From positions 39,540-103,539 of the forward strand of contig JAWLBL010000031.1 of assembly GCA_041687695.1 (NCBI GenBank): DNA of 64,000 bases, written 5' to 3'. Shown here one piece after another: positions 36,118-47,334 of the stretch. The translations under genes were made by a program, and so were the position numbers. Every line of letters starts with the position of its first letter. The first letter of the stretch is position 1. The DNA is from Myxococcota bacterium. GTDB taxonomy: Bacteria > Myxococcota_A > UBA9042 > PHBI01 > JAWLBL01. A model generated the notes under the pieces. It was not told the origin of the DNA and did not search any database. It worked only from the letters and a program-made list of their open reading frames with translations.

Positions 36118-36549
36118 TCACCCGACCGGCGGCGCCAGCTGGTGCTGCAGCATCCAGTGGACGCCAAAGCGGTCGGTCAGCGTGCCGAAGCGCGCGCCCC
36201 AGAAGGTGTCGTGCAGGGCGTGCTTCACCTGCCCGCCCTCGCTCAGGGCCGCGAACTGCTGCTCCAGCTCGGCCAGGCTGCCGCACTCGACCGACACGAA
36301 CACGTTGTTGCCCGCCTGGGTCGGCCCGTCCGGCCGGTCCGACAGCATCAGGACGAAGCCGCCACGGCTCAGGCAGGCGTGTGCGACCTGCTCGCGCTCG
36401 GCCACCGGGCAGGCGTCGCCCTTCATGTCGCCATAGGTCATCAGCTCCAGCTTGCCGCCGAACACGTCGTGATACGCGCTCGCGGCCTCGCGGCCGTTGC
36501 CGCCGAAGAACAGGTACGGGGTCACTCGGGTCGAAGTCGTCTCAGCCAC
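36118..36549 (-). CDS. VOC / PhnB-like glyoxalase family protein
   Basis: TPYLFF.GN.REA, TFWGARFG.LTDRFGVHW motifs; AGGAGG RBS before GTG 36549. Confidence 0.9.
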   Translation of the reverse strand: MAETTSTRVTPYLFFGGNGREAASAYHDVFGGKLELMTYGDMKGDACPVAEREQVAHACLSRGGFVLMLSDRPDGPTQAGNNVFVSVECGSLAELEQQFAALSEGGQVKHALHDTFWGARFGTLTDRFGVHWMLQHQLAPPVG

Positions 36550-36727
36550 GCGGTCCTCCTTGGTGTGGCGTTCATGTCCCTTCGACTCCCCGCCGCCGCC
36601 GATCTCATCGGCGCCGCCCTCATTTTCTCTTCGCGCCGGCCCCGGTCGGGGTTGGCCCCGCGCGCGCGTGATTACGGTGCCCTTACCCGCCTGCTCGCCG
36701 CCCCGCCCAAGCCCACCGGAGTCCATC

Positions 36728-37591
<864 letters not shown>

Positions 37592-38512
37592 CCACCCCCG
37601 CCGGCGGCGGCACCCGCTGCAGGTACCAGCCCAGATGCGAGAACGGATGCAGCAGCGCCTGCGCCATCAGCCGCCGCTGCAGCCCCTCGTCCAGCGCCGC
37701 CTCCGCGTAGCCATAGGCCAGCAGCAGCCGCCGCAACAGCCCCGCCTCGGCGCAGGTCACGAACAGCCCCACCGAGGCGAACTCCGCCTCGGCCGCGCCC
37801 TGCAGCGCCGACTCGAAGTCGATGAGCCCCGTCAGCCGCCACCCGCCCGCCCCGTCCGGCGCCGCCAGCAGGTGCTCCCTCATCAGCTCCGTGTGCAGCA
37901 GCACCGTCGGCGCCGCCGCCTCCAGCCCCGCCCGCTCCAGAAAGCCCGCGATCTGCGCGACCCACGCCTCGTCCAGCCCCCGCTTGCGCTGCGCCTCCTC
38001 GGCGCCCGCCCGCTGCGCCGCAACGAACGCCGGCCAGTCCCGCCGCGGCACCGCCGACCGGCTGGCGTCCACCGCATGCAGCGCCGCTACCCCCGCCCCG
38101 ATGGCCTCGGCCAACCGCTCGCGCTCGCGCCGCGGCACCTGCCCCCACACCTCGGCCAGCGGCCGCCCCCGCAGCCGCTCCATCAGCACGTAACGCCACC
38201 CGTCCAGCTCGCCCGTCGCCCGCAGCCGCGGCGTCGGGATCGGCAGCCGCCCCTGCAGCAGCTCCAGCGCGCTGGACTCGATGTCGAATTCCGCCCCATG
38301 GCACGGCGGATACAGCTTCAGGACGTGCCCTTCCCCCACCGCATAGACCGGCAGCGACCCCGCCTCGAACCGCGCGACCTCCTCCCCACCCAGCCCATGC
38401 CGCCGCGCGATCTCCACCGCCCCCGGCCTCAGCCGCGCCTCGTCCCGGCGCACGGCCTGAAACTCGGCGACCGCCTCGGCCCGCGGCAGCAGCGTCCGCC
38501 CCAGCGTGTCAC

Positions 38513-39598
38513 TCACTTCCCAAACCCCTCGCCGGCCCCGAAGACGCACTGGCCGCTCTCGGCGTCACATCCGGGCTCTGGTGGCGGCGCGCAGGGCGGC
38601 ATCACGCAGTCGTTGCCCTCGGGCCACACCTGGCCGTTGCAGAACTGCTGATGGGCCTCCGCGTTGGCGCTGCACTCCCAGACCGTCATCGTGTGGTTGG
38701 GGCACATCGGGCAATAGCACCCATCGGTGCTCTCCGGCGCCGTCGGATACAGGCAGTTGGCACAATCGGCGTCCGACGCGCAGGTGTCTTTCGGCGGGCA
38801 CGTCGGGCAGCAGGCCCCGGGCGTCACAATCCGCTCCTCGGGCGGGCACTCCGGCTCGGCGCAGTCGACCAGCGCGCACAGGTCGTACACACACAGCCCC
38901 GCCTCGCCGCACATCGCGACGTCGCTCGGAGGCGCCTCGCAGGCCACGTCCGGACACTCGTCGGCCCCCGCCCACGCCCCGGGCCCGCAGTAGTGCGCCC
39001 AGCCCACCTCGCGCAAGGCGCACTCGGCCGCGGTCGTCGGCTCGGCGTAGCAGGTCTGGCAGCTGCACTGCGCCGTCGAGGTCACCACCGGCGGCACATG
39101 GCACACCACGCACTCGGCCCCGTCGACGCACGTCTCGTCTACCTGAGGCGCCTTGCAGAACCATGCCGTGCAATACTCGATGGGGTCGCCCGGCCAATAC
39201 GGCCCCCAGCCCTCGGGGCAGGCCTCCGGCCCCGGCGGGTCGCAGTGCAGCTCGACGCACTCGCAGCAGCCGCCCCCGATGGGGCTGCCCTCGTGTCCGG
39301 CCGGGCACGCCGCGTCGTGGCAGAAGCCGCTGGGCCCGACCGGAACCGCCCAATCCGGACATCCCTGAGCGGTCTCGCCGCCGTCCGCGTCCTTCGCGTC
39401 GACATCCTCGGCGACGTCCGCGTCCGACTCGGCCCCGTCGGGCGCCACGTCCAGCCCCGACGCGTCGTCCTCCTTCACCTCGGCGTCCGCGTCGCCCCCG
39501 ATCACGGCGTCCACGACCTCGCCCGACGTCGCGCCCCCGCACGCCGCCAGCGCCACCGCTGCCGCCACCGTCCACAGCCGCCCCGTCACCCGCCGCAT
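38513..39598 (-). CDS. Cys-rich lipoprotein with an acidic tether
   Basis: Lipobox LAAC, Asp-rich linker, dense Cys modules including CCPTCP. Confidence 0.78.
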   Translation of the reverse strand: MRRVTGRLWTVAAAVALAACGGATSGEVVDAVIGGDADAEVKEDDASGLDVAPDGAESDADVAEDVDAKDADGGETAQGCPDWAVPVGPSGFCHDAACPAGHEGSPIGGGCCECVELHCDPPGPEACPEGWGPYWPGDPIEYCTAWFCKAPQVDETCVDGAECVVCHVPPVVTSTAQCSCQTCYAEPTTAAECALREVGWAHYCGPGAWAGADECPDVACEAPPSDVAMCGEAGLCVYDLCALVDCAEPECPPEERIVTPGACCPTCPPKDTCASDADCANCLYPTAPESTDGCYCPMCPNHTMTVWECSANAEAHQQFCNGQVWPEGNDCVMPPCAPPPEPGCDAESGQCVFGAGEGFGK

Positions 39599-39806
39599 GC
39601 CGCGCTCCAGTCCCATTCGTCCAGCGCCGGCATGCTCCGTGGCTGCCGCCCCTCGCGTCAACCCCGCCGCCGCCCGAACCACGCCAGCAGCGCCAGCAGC
39701 CAGCCCCCCGCGAGCCCCGCCCCGCCACCCGCGCCGCACCCGGCAGGCTGTCGAGCCTCTGTCGAACCGTTGCGCTCGCCGTCCTGAGCGTGTCTCATTC
39801 GCCACC

Positions 39807-40736
39807 ATGTCGACCCCGCGCCCTCGCCCCATCGCCCTCCTCCTCACCCTGTCGCTCCTGGCGGCCTGCACTCGCGCCGCCCCGGACGACGCTCCGGCCG
39901 CGCCGGACCTGGCGCGCGTCTCCGGCGACGCGCCGCCCCCTCGTGACGGCCTGCGCATCCTGGTGACCCCCGAGGTCATCGAGCTCGACACCCGACCGCT
40001 CGGCGCGCCCTCGGGGGACGACGGCCGACCGCTGTACTCGGGCCCCGTGGTCGCCCTGGACCAGGGCAGGGTCCCCGCAGGCGAGACGCGCCCCAGCCAG
40101 CCCATGCTCATCCCCAAGCTGACCGCCGCGCTGCAGCGGGCCCAGCAGCTCGAGCGGGTAGCGCTGAGGCCGGGCGCCGACACCCGCGGCCGCTGGCGCC
40201 TTGAGCTGGCCCACGACGTCCCGGTCGACCTCGTGACCCGCGTCGTCGCCACCGTCGGCCTGTTCGATCTAGAGCGCCTGGCCTTCGTCGTCCGCGGCGA
40301 GATGGGCCTGGGCACGCTTCCGCTGGGGGGCGTCCCGGTCTGCAGCGGCTACGCCGACGCCCCGCCGGTCCCCTGCACCCACGACGCCATCGAGGTCACC
40401 CCCGACGCCGTCCACCTGGCGCGCACCCGCGAGTACACCCGGGCCGGCCGGCCGACGCCCTGTCTGATGGCCTGGAAGCTCGGCGCAGCCCCCGAGCCCC
40501 TGTCGCGCGAGGCCCTGCCGCTGTCCCCGCAGGGCGCTGTCGACCCCGCGCACCTGTCGCAGCGACTCGACCAGCCCGCCGACCCCGCCAGCTGCGGCGT
40601 CGTGCGCCTCTCGGCCGCCCCCGACCTGCCCTGGCAGCGCCTGGCCAGCCTGACCGCCGCGGTGCACGCCGCCGCCCCCGACCGCATCACCTACCTGGGC
40701 GTCCTCGAGTCCACCGACGCGCCGGCCGCGCCGTGA
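39807..40736 (+). CDS. Lipoprotein with two ExbD/TolR-like domains
   Basis: Lipobox LAAC; LELAHDVPVDLV..RLAFVV and VRLSAAPDLPWQRL segments resemble ExbD periplasmic domains. Confidence 0.55.
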   Translation: MSTPRPRPIALLLTLSLLAACTRAAPDDAPAAPDLARVSGDAPPPRDGLRILVTPEVIELDTRPLGAPSGDDGRPLYSGPVVALDQGRVPAGETRPSQPMLIPKLTAALQRAQQLERVALRPGADTRGRWRLELAHDVPVDLVTRVVATVGLFDLERLAFVVRGEMGLGTLPLGGVPVCSGYADAPPVPCTHDAIEVTPDAVHLARTREYTRAGRPTPCLMAWKLGAAPEPLSREALPLSPQGAVDPAHLSQRLDQPADPASCGVVRLSAAPDLPWQRLASLTAAVHAAAPDRITYLGVLESTDAPAAP

Positions 40737-40815
40737 CGCTTGCAGCGGCCCGCGGGCCTCGCCACACTCCGCGCCCGCGGCCACCCCTAGCCAACCCGGC
40801 CGCGCGGAGGCAGCG

Positions 40816-41793
40816 ATGGTCGTTCGGGACGTGAAGCTCGGTTGGGTGGGGCTGCTGGCCTTGTCCCTGGTGGCCTGCGGCGACTCCGAGGCCTCGCGCG
40901 ACACCTCGGGCGACGACACGCCTGATGTTTCCGGCGAGACCCAGGACACCCCCGACGCCGAAGCCGACGGCGACCCGGCCGACGCTCCGGACATGGGCGA
41001 CGTGCCCGACGACGCCGGCCCCGACGCGAGCCCCGACAGCGGCGACGACACCACCGCCGACGCCGAAGACGTCGCCCCCGACAGCACGGAAGACGCGCTC
41101 GAGGACGCGGCCGACGACACCACCGACGACACCACCGACGTCGCGGGCGACGACGCGACCGCCGACGTCGCCGAGGACGTCGCCCCCGACACCACCGAGC
41201 CGACCACCTGCGCCCAGCTCGGCGCGTCGACCTGCCTGGTCAACTCCAACTGCGCGGTCGGCGAGACCTGCCAGCCGCCCGAGCCTGGCTCCGGCGTCGG
41301 CTGCTGCCTGCCCGGCGCCCCGGGCGAGGGCCAGGTCGGCGTCCCCTGCGCCCAGGACGCCGACTGCGCCTTCGGCAAGTGCCTGTCCCGCGACGACGGC
41401 GCGAAGTTCTGCTCGGGCGACTGCGGGAGCGACCTCGACTGCCCCGGCTTCATGCTGTGCAGCGATCTCTTCGGCTGGTGCTACCCCAAGGACTCCGACT
41501 GGCAGCCCTCGACCTGCGCCGAGGCCAGCCTCGACCAGTGCTTCTACAACGACAACTGCGACGACGCCGACCGCTGCGAGGACATCGGCGCGGCCCCGAC
41601 CGAGCTCCTCTGCTGCACCCCCGGCCCCCGCGGCACCGCCCCCACCGGCGCCCCCTGCGCGGCCCACACCGACTGCGCCTTCGGCCGCTGCCTGGGCGGC
41701 CAGTGCAGCGACCTCTGCGCGCCCGGCGCCGACCCCTGCCCCGCCGCCGGCATGGCCTGCAACGACCTAAAGGGCCTCTGCGAGCCGCTCTGA
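40816..41793 (+). CDS. Cys-rich lipoprotein with an Asp/Thr-rich tether and duplicated head module
   Basis: Lipobox LVAC; two copies of TC..CC.PG..G.PC...DCAFG.CL..C. Confidence 0.8.
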   Translation: MVVRDVKLGWVGLLALSLVACGDSEASRDTSGDDTPDVSGETQDTPDAEADGDPADAPDMGDVPDDAGPDASPDSGDDTTADAEDVAPDSTEDALEDAADDTTDDTTDVAGDDATADVAEDVAPDTTEPTTCAQLGASTCLVNSNCAVGETCQPPEPGSGVGCCLPGAPGEGQVGVPCAQDADCAFGKCLSRDDGAKFCSGDCGSDLDCPGFMLCSDLFGWCYPKDSDWQPSTCAEASLDQCFYNDNCDDADRCEDIGAAPTELLCCTPGPRGTAPTGAPCAAHTDCAFGRCLGGQCSDLCAPGADPCPAAGMACNDLKGLCEPL

Positions 41794-41868
41794 TCGGCCC
41801 GCCCGAGCTGCGAGCCCCACGCACCGTGCGGTGACGCGGGGCTCGCGCTTCGAAGACTGGCTCCGGCC

Positions 41869-43410
41869 TCAGTTCAGCGGCCCCCCGCCATCCGGCGGCG
41901 TCGGCCGCACCGCGCCGTCCAGCACGATGAGCGTCGGGTTGACCACCTGCAGCGGGTCCGGCCCGCGGGCGGTGCCCGGGACCACGTAGTTGCGCTGGAT
42001 GATCTTGATGGCCTCGCCGGCCGGGACCAGGTCCTCGCCGATCTCGAAGCAGTGGGCCAGCGCGCCGCAGTCACGCGCGAAGTACTGCAGATACAGCTGC
42101 CCGGCGCCGGCCACGTCGTCGGCGAAGCCCCCCGCGGAGCCCTGCAGCTCGTCGTGGTCGACGTTGGCCACGCCCATCAGGACCTCGATGCGGTTGATCG
42201 ACAGGCTGACGTAGGTCGCGTTGCCGGTCGCCGTGCCCAGCGTCCCCACTACAGCCAGCACCTCGCCGTCGTCCAGGGTCACGGTCGGGCTGATCTGGTA
42301 GTCGGCGTCGCCGGTGTCGCCCAGGCAGTTCATCGGGCGCTCCAGGCAGTCGCGTCCGACCAGGTCGACCGAGAGCAGCAGGCTCTCGAACTCGGTCGCG
42401 GGCGCCGCGGCCTGCCCCCAGATCTGGCGGACGCCGCCGACCAGTTGGGCGACGTCGTCGGCCAGCCCGGCCTCCGAGATCGCCGTCCGCGCATCGAGCA
42501 CCGGCGTCGGATAGGGCTCGGTGGCCCGGGTCGCGTCGGGGTCGCGCACGCGCAGCACGGCCATCGGCAGCCGCTGCCGCCACCGCTCGCCGGCGTCCGG
42601 GTCGGCGGGCAGCGCGTAGCGCATCAGGGTCATGAAGTCGTCCGCCCCGGCGCCCAGCCCCAGCCGCGCCTGCTCGGCCGAGATGGGCTCGGTCAGGATG
42701 TGGTCCGGGTCGGGCACGCCGGCGCGCAGCAAGGACTCGGTGACCGCGCGCTCCATCACCTGGTCGGGGGTGATGACGAAGAAGCGCTGCTGGTCGAAGG
42801 CGGCGCCCGAGGCCTGCTGCACGACCACGTGGTTGTTGCTGTTGCCCAGGCTGGCGAAGACCAGCACCCGCGCCGGGTCGGGCGCGGTCGCGAACAGCAC
42901 GCTGCGCATGATGGGGTCGGTCAGCCCCAGGAAGACGGGGTCGTTGGGGTTCAGCTCGTCCTCGCGCGAGAACACGTAGGTCTGCAACCCGTAGTACGCC
43001 CCCTGGGGCGGCGTCAGCGCCAGCACCACCAGCGCCTCGCGCTCGTCCAGCCGGTGGGTCACCCAGGTGTCGCCGGGCATCGGCCCCAGGACCTCGCGCA
43101 GGGTCTCGTCGACGTGCTCGTCGGGCCACAGCGGCACCGAGGGGATGGCGTAGGGCGCCGCCGGGTTGTTGCCCAGGCACTGCCCCAGCGTCGCGATGGG
43201 GAACTGGCAGTCGTCGATGGTGAACAGGCTCCAGTCGCCGCGCAGGACCTCGAAGCCCTGCGCCTCGAGGTCCGCCTCGAGCGCCTCGACCTTCTGCTGC
43301 AGCGAGGCCGGCAGCCGGTCCTCGCCGATGATCCGTGAGTCCTCGCCGCACGCCGCGGCCGCGAGCAAGAAGCCCGCCGCGACGAGCGGCCAAACCTTGT
43401 GGGAGCGCAT
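41869..43410 (-). CDS. Hypothetical lipoprotein
   Basis: Lipobox AAAC, GGAGG RBS, 513-aa globular sequence with strong GC3 bias. Confidence 0.75.
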   Translation of the reverse strand: MRSHKVWPLVAAGFLLAAAACGEDSRIIGEDRLPASLQQKVEALEADLEAQGFEVLRGDWSLFTIDDCQFPIATLGQCLGNNPAAPYAIPSVPLWPDEHVDETLREVLGPMPGDTWVTHRLDEREALVVLALTPPQGAYYGLQTYVFSREDELNPNDPVFLGLTDPIMRSVLFATAPDPARVLVFASLGNSNNHVVVQQASGAAFDQQRFFVITPDQVMERAVTESLLRAGVPDPDHILTEPISAEQARLGLGAGADDFMTLMRYALPADPDAGERWRQRLPMAVLRVRDPDATRATEPYPTPVLDARTAISEAGLADDVAQLVGGVRQIWGQAAAPATEFESLLLSVDLVGRDCLERPMNCLGDTGDADYQISPTVTLDDGEVLAVVGTLGTATGNATYVSLSINRIEVLMGVANVDHDELQGSAGGFADDVAGAGQLYLQYFARDCGALAHCFEIGEDLVPAGEAIKIIQRNYVVPGTARGPDPLQVVNPTLIVLDGAVRPTPPDGGGPLN

Positions 43411-43733
43411 GCGTCCTCCAGACCGGTCGGGTCACCGACCGGCGCGAAAGAGAAGGGGAAAAGGCGGTGCGCGACGACCGAGACGGGTTCGTCGGCGGCC
43501 CGAGCCGCCGGCCAGGTCGCGTGGCCTGCGCTCGCCGGACTCGGCGCCGCCTGAATCGAGTGAGGCGGCACCCTCCGGAGCAGGGCTGGAGGTGAGCGGA
43601 AGGGTCGCGAAGCCCGACCCGCGTGGGCCCGGGTTCGCGAAAGGCAGGAAGATCAACTACCTGCGAACCGTGCGTTCCGCCCTGCCGATGTCAAGCCAGC
43701 GCGGACCGCCCCGCCGCTTCGAGCCGCCCAACC

Positions 43734-43847
43734 GGAGTGCTCGAGCTTGCTCGAGCCCCAACGCCGGCGGCTTGCCGCCGGGGCTTTGCCTCCGTCCCGG
43801 CGCAGCAAGCTGCGCCGAATCGGGGCTCCGGCAAGCCGGAGCACTCC
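43734..43847. repeat. 114-bp four-hairpin REP-like element, isolated copy
   Basis: GGAGTGCTC..GAGCACTCC termini with two GCTTGC-centred and two GCAAGC-centred hairpins; homologous to copies at 51080-51565 and 53775-54139. Confidence 0.9.
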
Positions 43848-44003
43848 AGGGCCGCCTTCGCCGGCCTCGACGCGACACGCTCGCCACGCCGGCGCTGTGG
43901 ACCGCCGCTCCACCCTCGCGGTGGCCCTCGATTGCGCCCCCCGAGGCCCTGGCCTAACGTCGGGCCCTCAGCCGCCACGCGCCGCAGCCCCCGTGAGGTC
44001 CCC

Positions 44004-45905
44004 ATGCCCGCCCGCCCGCCGCTCGCCCGCCGCCTCGCCGCCGCCCTCCTCGCCTCGGCGATGGCCCTGGTCCTCGCGCCCTCCGCCGGCGCCCTCTCCG
44101 ACGTCCCGGCCGCCCTCGACTACCCGACCCTGGGCCCGGCCGACGCCACGGTCGAGATCGTCGTCGTCTCGGACTTCCAGTGCCCCTTCTGCGCTCGCGT
44201 CCAGGCCACCCAGCGCCAGATCCTGTCGACCTGGCCGGCCGACGTGCGCCTCGTGTTCGTCCACCAGCCGCTGCCCTTCCACAAGGAGGCCCGCGGCGCC
44301 GCCATCGCCACCATGGCCGCCCACCGCCAAGGCCTGTTCTGGCAGCTCCACGACCACCTCTTCTTGAACCAGCGCCAGCTGCAGCCCGACGACCTCGTCC
44401 AGCACGCCGCCGCCCTCGGCCTCGACCTCGACCGCTTCCGCAAGGACCTGGCCGACCCCCAGCTCGCCGCCTGGGTCGACCGCAACCAGCGCCTCGCCAA
44501 CGCCGTCGGCGGCACCGGCACCCCGACCTTCTTCGTCAACGGCACCAAGGTCCGCGGCGCCCAGCCCTTCGTCCGCTTCCAAGAGGCCATCGACGCCGAG
44601 CTGACCGCCGCCCGCGCCGCCGGCCAGCGCGGCGCCGCCTTCGCCCGCGCCCGCACCCGCGCGGCCCACCTCAACCTGGCCGCCTACCTCCACGACGGCA
44701 AGGAGCCCCCGGCCGTCGCCCCCACCCCCGCCCCCACCCCCACCCCCGCGGTCGCCAACGACACCGTCTTCAAGGTGACCTTCGACGCCGCCGACCCGGT
44801 GAAGGGCAACACCAAGGACCCGCTGGTCACCCTGGTGGTCTTCACCGACTTCCAGTGCCCCTACTGCGCCCGCCTCGCGCCCACCCTGGACCGCCTGGTC
44901 AAGCAGTACGGCCGCGACCTGCGCCTCATCGTCAAGCACAACCCCCTGTCCTTCCACAAGCAGGCGGTCCCGGCGGCCGAGGCCTCCCTGTGCGCCCACG
45001 AGCAGCGCAAGTTCTGGCCCATGCACGACGCCCTCTTCGCCAACATGAAGGCCCTGTCCGACGACGACATCGAGCGCTACGCCGCCCGCGTCAAGGGCCT
45101 CAACCTCAAGCGCTTCAAGGCCTGCTTCCGCGACCGCAAGTACGCCCAGCGGGTCCAGGACGACCGCCGCCTCGCCGCCGCCGTCAACGCCCGCGGGACC
45201 CCCAACTCCTTCATCAACGGCCGCCAGGTGACCGGCGCCCGCCCCTTCGAGACCTTCGTCGACGTCATCGACGCCGAGCTGGCCAAGGCCAAGGCCCTGG
45301 TCAAGGACGGCGTCCCCCGCCGCGAGGTCTACGACCACATCATCGCCAAGGCCCCCCAAAAGCAGCACCTCGGCGACCAGGTCCACGCCTTCGACACCAC
45401 CCAGGCCCCCTCCCTCGGCCCCGCCGACGCCCCGGTCCAGCTCACCTTCTTCGCCGACTTCCAGTGCCCCTTCAGCGCCCGCATGGCCCAGACCCTCGCC
45501 GAGCTGACCGACCACTACGGCGACCGCGTCGTCCTGCGCTTCAAGCACCTGCCCCTCGACCACCACGCCGAGGCCCGCCCGGCCGCCCGCGCCGCCCTGT
45601 GCGCCCACACCCAGGGCCACTTCTGGACCATGCACGACGTCCTCTTCGTCCGCTCCCAGCACCTCGACATCGCCGACTACACCCGCATCGCCCACCTCGC
45701 CGGCGTCCCCGACCTCGACGCCTTCGCCGCCTGCGCGGCCTCCACCGCCCACGACCCCCGCATCGACGCCGACCTCGCCGAAGCCCGCGCCGCCCAGCTC
45801 CGCGCCACCCCCGCCCTCTTCATCAACGGCCGCCTCCTCGACCCCGCCGCCGGCCGCTCCTTCGACGACCTCCAGCGCGTCATCGACACCCAGCTCGCCC
45901 CCTGA
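44004..45905 (+). CDS. Exported protein with three DsbA/thioredoxin-4 domains
   Basis: Signal peptide; DFQCPFC, DFQCPYC, DFQCPFS, each with a (G/A)TP cis-Pro loop. Confidence 0.92.
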   Translation: MPARPPLARRLAAALLASAMALVLAPSAGALSDVPAALDYPTLGPADATVEIVVVSDFQCPFCARVQATQRQILSTWPADVRLVFVHQPLPFHKEARGAAIATMAAHRQGLFWQLHDHLFLNQRQLQPDDLVQHAAALGLDLDRFRKDLADPQLAAWVDRNQRLANAVGGTGTPTFFVNGTKVRGAQPFVRFQEAIDAELTAARAAGQRGAAFARARTRAAHLNLAAYLHDGKEPPAVAPTPAPTPTPAVANDTVFKVTFDAADPVKGNTKDPLVTLVVFTDFQCPYCARLAPTLDRLVKQYGRDLRLIVKHNPLSFHKQAVPAAEASLCAHEQRKFWPMHDALFANMKALSDDDIERYAARVKGLNLKRFKACFRDRKYAQRVQDDRRLAAAVNARGTPNSFINGRQVTGARPFETFVDVIDAELAKAKALVKDGVPRREVYDHIIAKAPQKQHLGDQVHAFDTTQAPSLGPADAPVQLTFFADFQCPFSARMAQTLAELTDHYGDRVVLRFKHLPLDHHAEARPAARAALCAHTQGHFWTMHDVLFVRSQHLDIADYTRIAHLAGVPDLDAFAACAASTAHDPRIDADLAEARAAQLRATPALFINGRLLDPAAGRSFDDLQRVIDTQLAP

Positions 45906-45922
45906 CCCGGTCCGGCCCCCGA

Positions 45923-45967
45923 ATGAACGCCTTCCCCATCCGCAACGACGCCGACCTCGAGCGCGCC
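45923..45967 (+). pseudogene. Possible 5' remnant of a HigA-type antitoxin gene
   Basis: MNAFPIRNDADLERA resembles HigA N-termini (PIRxxxDYxxAL); the frame then loses coding character. Confidence 0.35.
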
Positions 45968-46155
45968 AGCGTGCGCCGCGTCCGGTTCCGCAAGTCGCCG
46001 CGCGGGCAACTCGCCCGAGGTCCAGTGGCAGGAGAGAGGCGGACGCGGTGTTTTCGATGGCAGAGGCTGGATGAGGCGGACGCTTGCTCTTGGTCCGGAG
46101 CCTCTCTAGGTTACCGCTCGTAGGCCGCGCACACGTGCGGTTCCGTGGAGCACCA

Positions 46156-46986
46156 ATGGAAGCCACTCTCCCCTGGACCGGTGAAGGACTATCCGGTCTC
46201 GCTGATTGGTTCGTTCGCGTCTGGCGCGCCATTCGCGCCCGGGCAGCCGGGGCGCAGGCATCACCGGCCGAGGCGCATGTCCTTCGTCTACTCGACCTGG
46301 GTCGCTCCTTTTTCGGCACCATGCTCCTCGAGGCCGAGACCAGGGAGGATCTGATGGACCGCATCGACCTCCTGCTGGACGACCCGGGGTTCCGTTGGTT
46401 CGAGATCTCGCTCATCTCGCTCGCGGCCCGTGAGCTCGACGATGACGGCCTCGACCGAATGGCCGACGCTCCGGTCGGAGATGTCATCGTCGACCTTCTC
46501 GGACCGGGCACCGGCCCCGCTGCCTGCGAAACCGAACGACTCATTCACGCTTACGCAGAGGCCTTGCGACGACTGGCGCCGGAGTTCTCCCGGTTGACGC
46601 CCCAGGACATGGACCTCGCGCTCAATGCCGGCTTCGATGACTTCGCCACGCCGGCGCCCATCCTTCGGGCCGTCCTCGGAGGCCGCCGCGCCAACGCCAG
46701 CTTCATCGCCGTCCTCTCGGCGCCCTTGATGACCAGCCAAGTGGCCCCGTGGGTCAGGCTTGCCCTGGTCGAAGGTCTCCGAGACGGCCTCCGCGACTAC
46801 ATGCGGCTCATCGCCTCGACGCCAGGCGCCGGAGTCCCCGAGGACGTGGTCCCGTTGGAAGAGCGGCTCGACCTGGAAGCGCTCGAGCGGGAGTACCAGC
46901 GCAACCGGGCGCGGCTCGACGCCAGCATAGCCGAGACCGCAAGGACCGGGCTGCCGTCTCGCCCCTTCGATTCTCCCAGCACGTGA
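46156..46986 (+). CDS. Hypothetical 276-aa helical protein, candidate antitoxin
   Basis: GGAG RBS, ATG 46156; lower-GC codon usage than flanks; stop overlaps the next GTG start. Confidence 0.7.
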   Translation: MEATLPWTGEGLSGLADWFVRVWRAIRARAAGAQASPAEAHVLRLLDLGRSFFGTMLLEAETREDLMDRIDLLLDDPGFRWFEISLISLAARELDDDGLDRMADAPVGDVIVDLLGPGTGPAACETERLIHAYAEALRRLAPEFSRLTPQDMDLALNAGFDDFATPAPILRAVLGGRRANASFIAVLSAPLMTSQVAPWVRLALVEGLRDGLRDYMRLIASTPGAGVPEDVVPLEERLDLEALEREYQRNRARLDASIAETARTGLPSRPFDSPST

Positions 46987-47321
46987 CTCCCGGGTCCCTG
47001 GTCCTCGTCGTCGCAGGGGGAGGCAAGACGCGCATCGCGGTGGTCCTCGAGGTCCACCCGTCCGTCGCAGTCGTCGCCTGGGTCACCGGCACGCACCGGC
47101 CTTCCCATCCGCACGTCGAAGTCGACCAGAATTCCCAGGCGGGCAAGGCGCTCAGGCTCGACAAGCCCCGCTACTTCTACCCGGACCACATCGAGACACG
47201 CGCCCTCTCGGACCTCCAGCGTCGAGACGGCCGAGCGTCGCCCCAACTCCGTATGCACATCGCCGGCCTCATCGGTTCGGCGCCCGCGACACAATGCGGA
47301 ACCTGCCGGCGTAGCACCTGA
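46983..47321 (+). CDS. MazF/PemK-like toxin
   Basis: GSLVLV, KTRIAVVL, VVAWVTGT, DHIET, DGRASP motifs collinear with MazF; GTGA coupling to the upstream gene. Confidence 0.65.
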   Translation: MTPGSLVLVVAGGGKTRIAVVLEVHPSVAVVAWVTGTHRPSHPHVEVDQNSQAGKALRLDKPRYFYPDHIETRALSDLQRRDGRASPQLRMHIAGLIGSAPATQCGTCRRST

Positions 47322-47334
47322 CTGACGGCGCGCC

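Noticed and set aside
41089..41115. Peptide EDALEDAAD shared with the RCC1 lipoprotein tether near 27070-27095
   Set aside because: Both lie in low-complexity acidic linkers where such matches can arise by chance.
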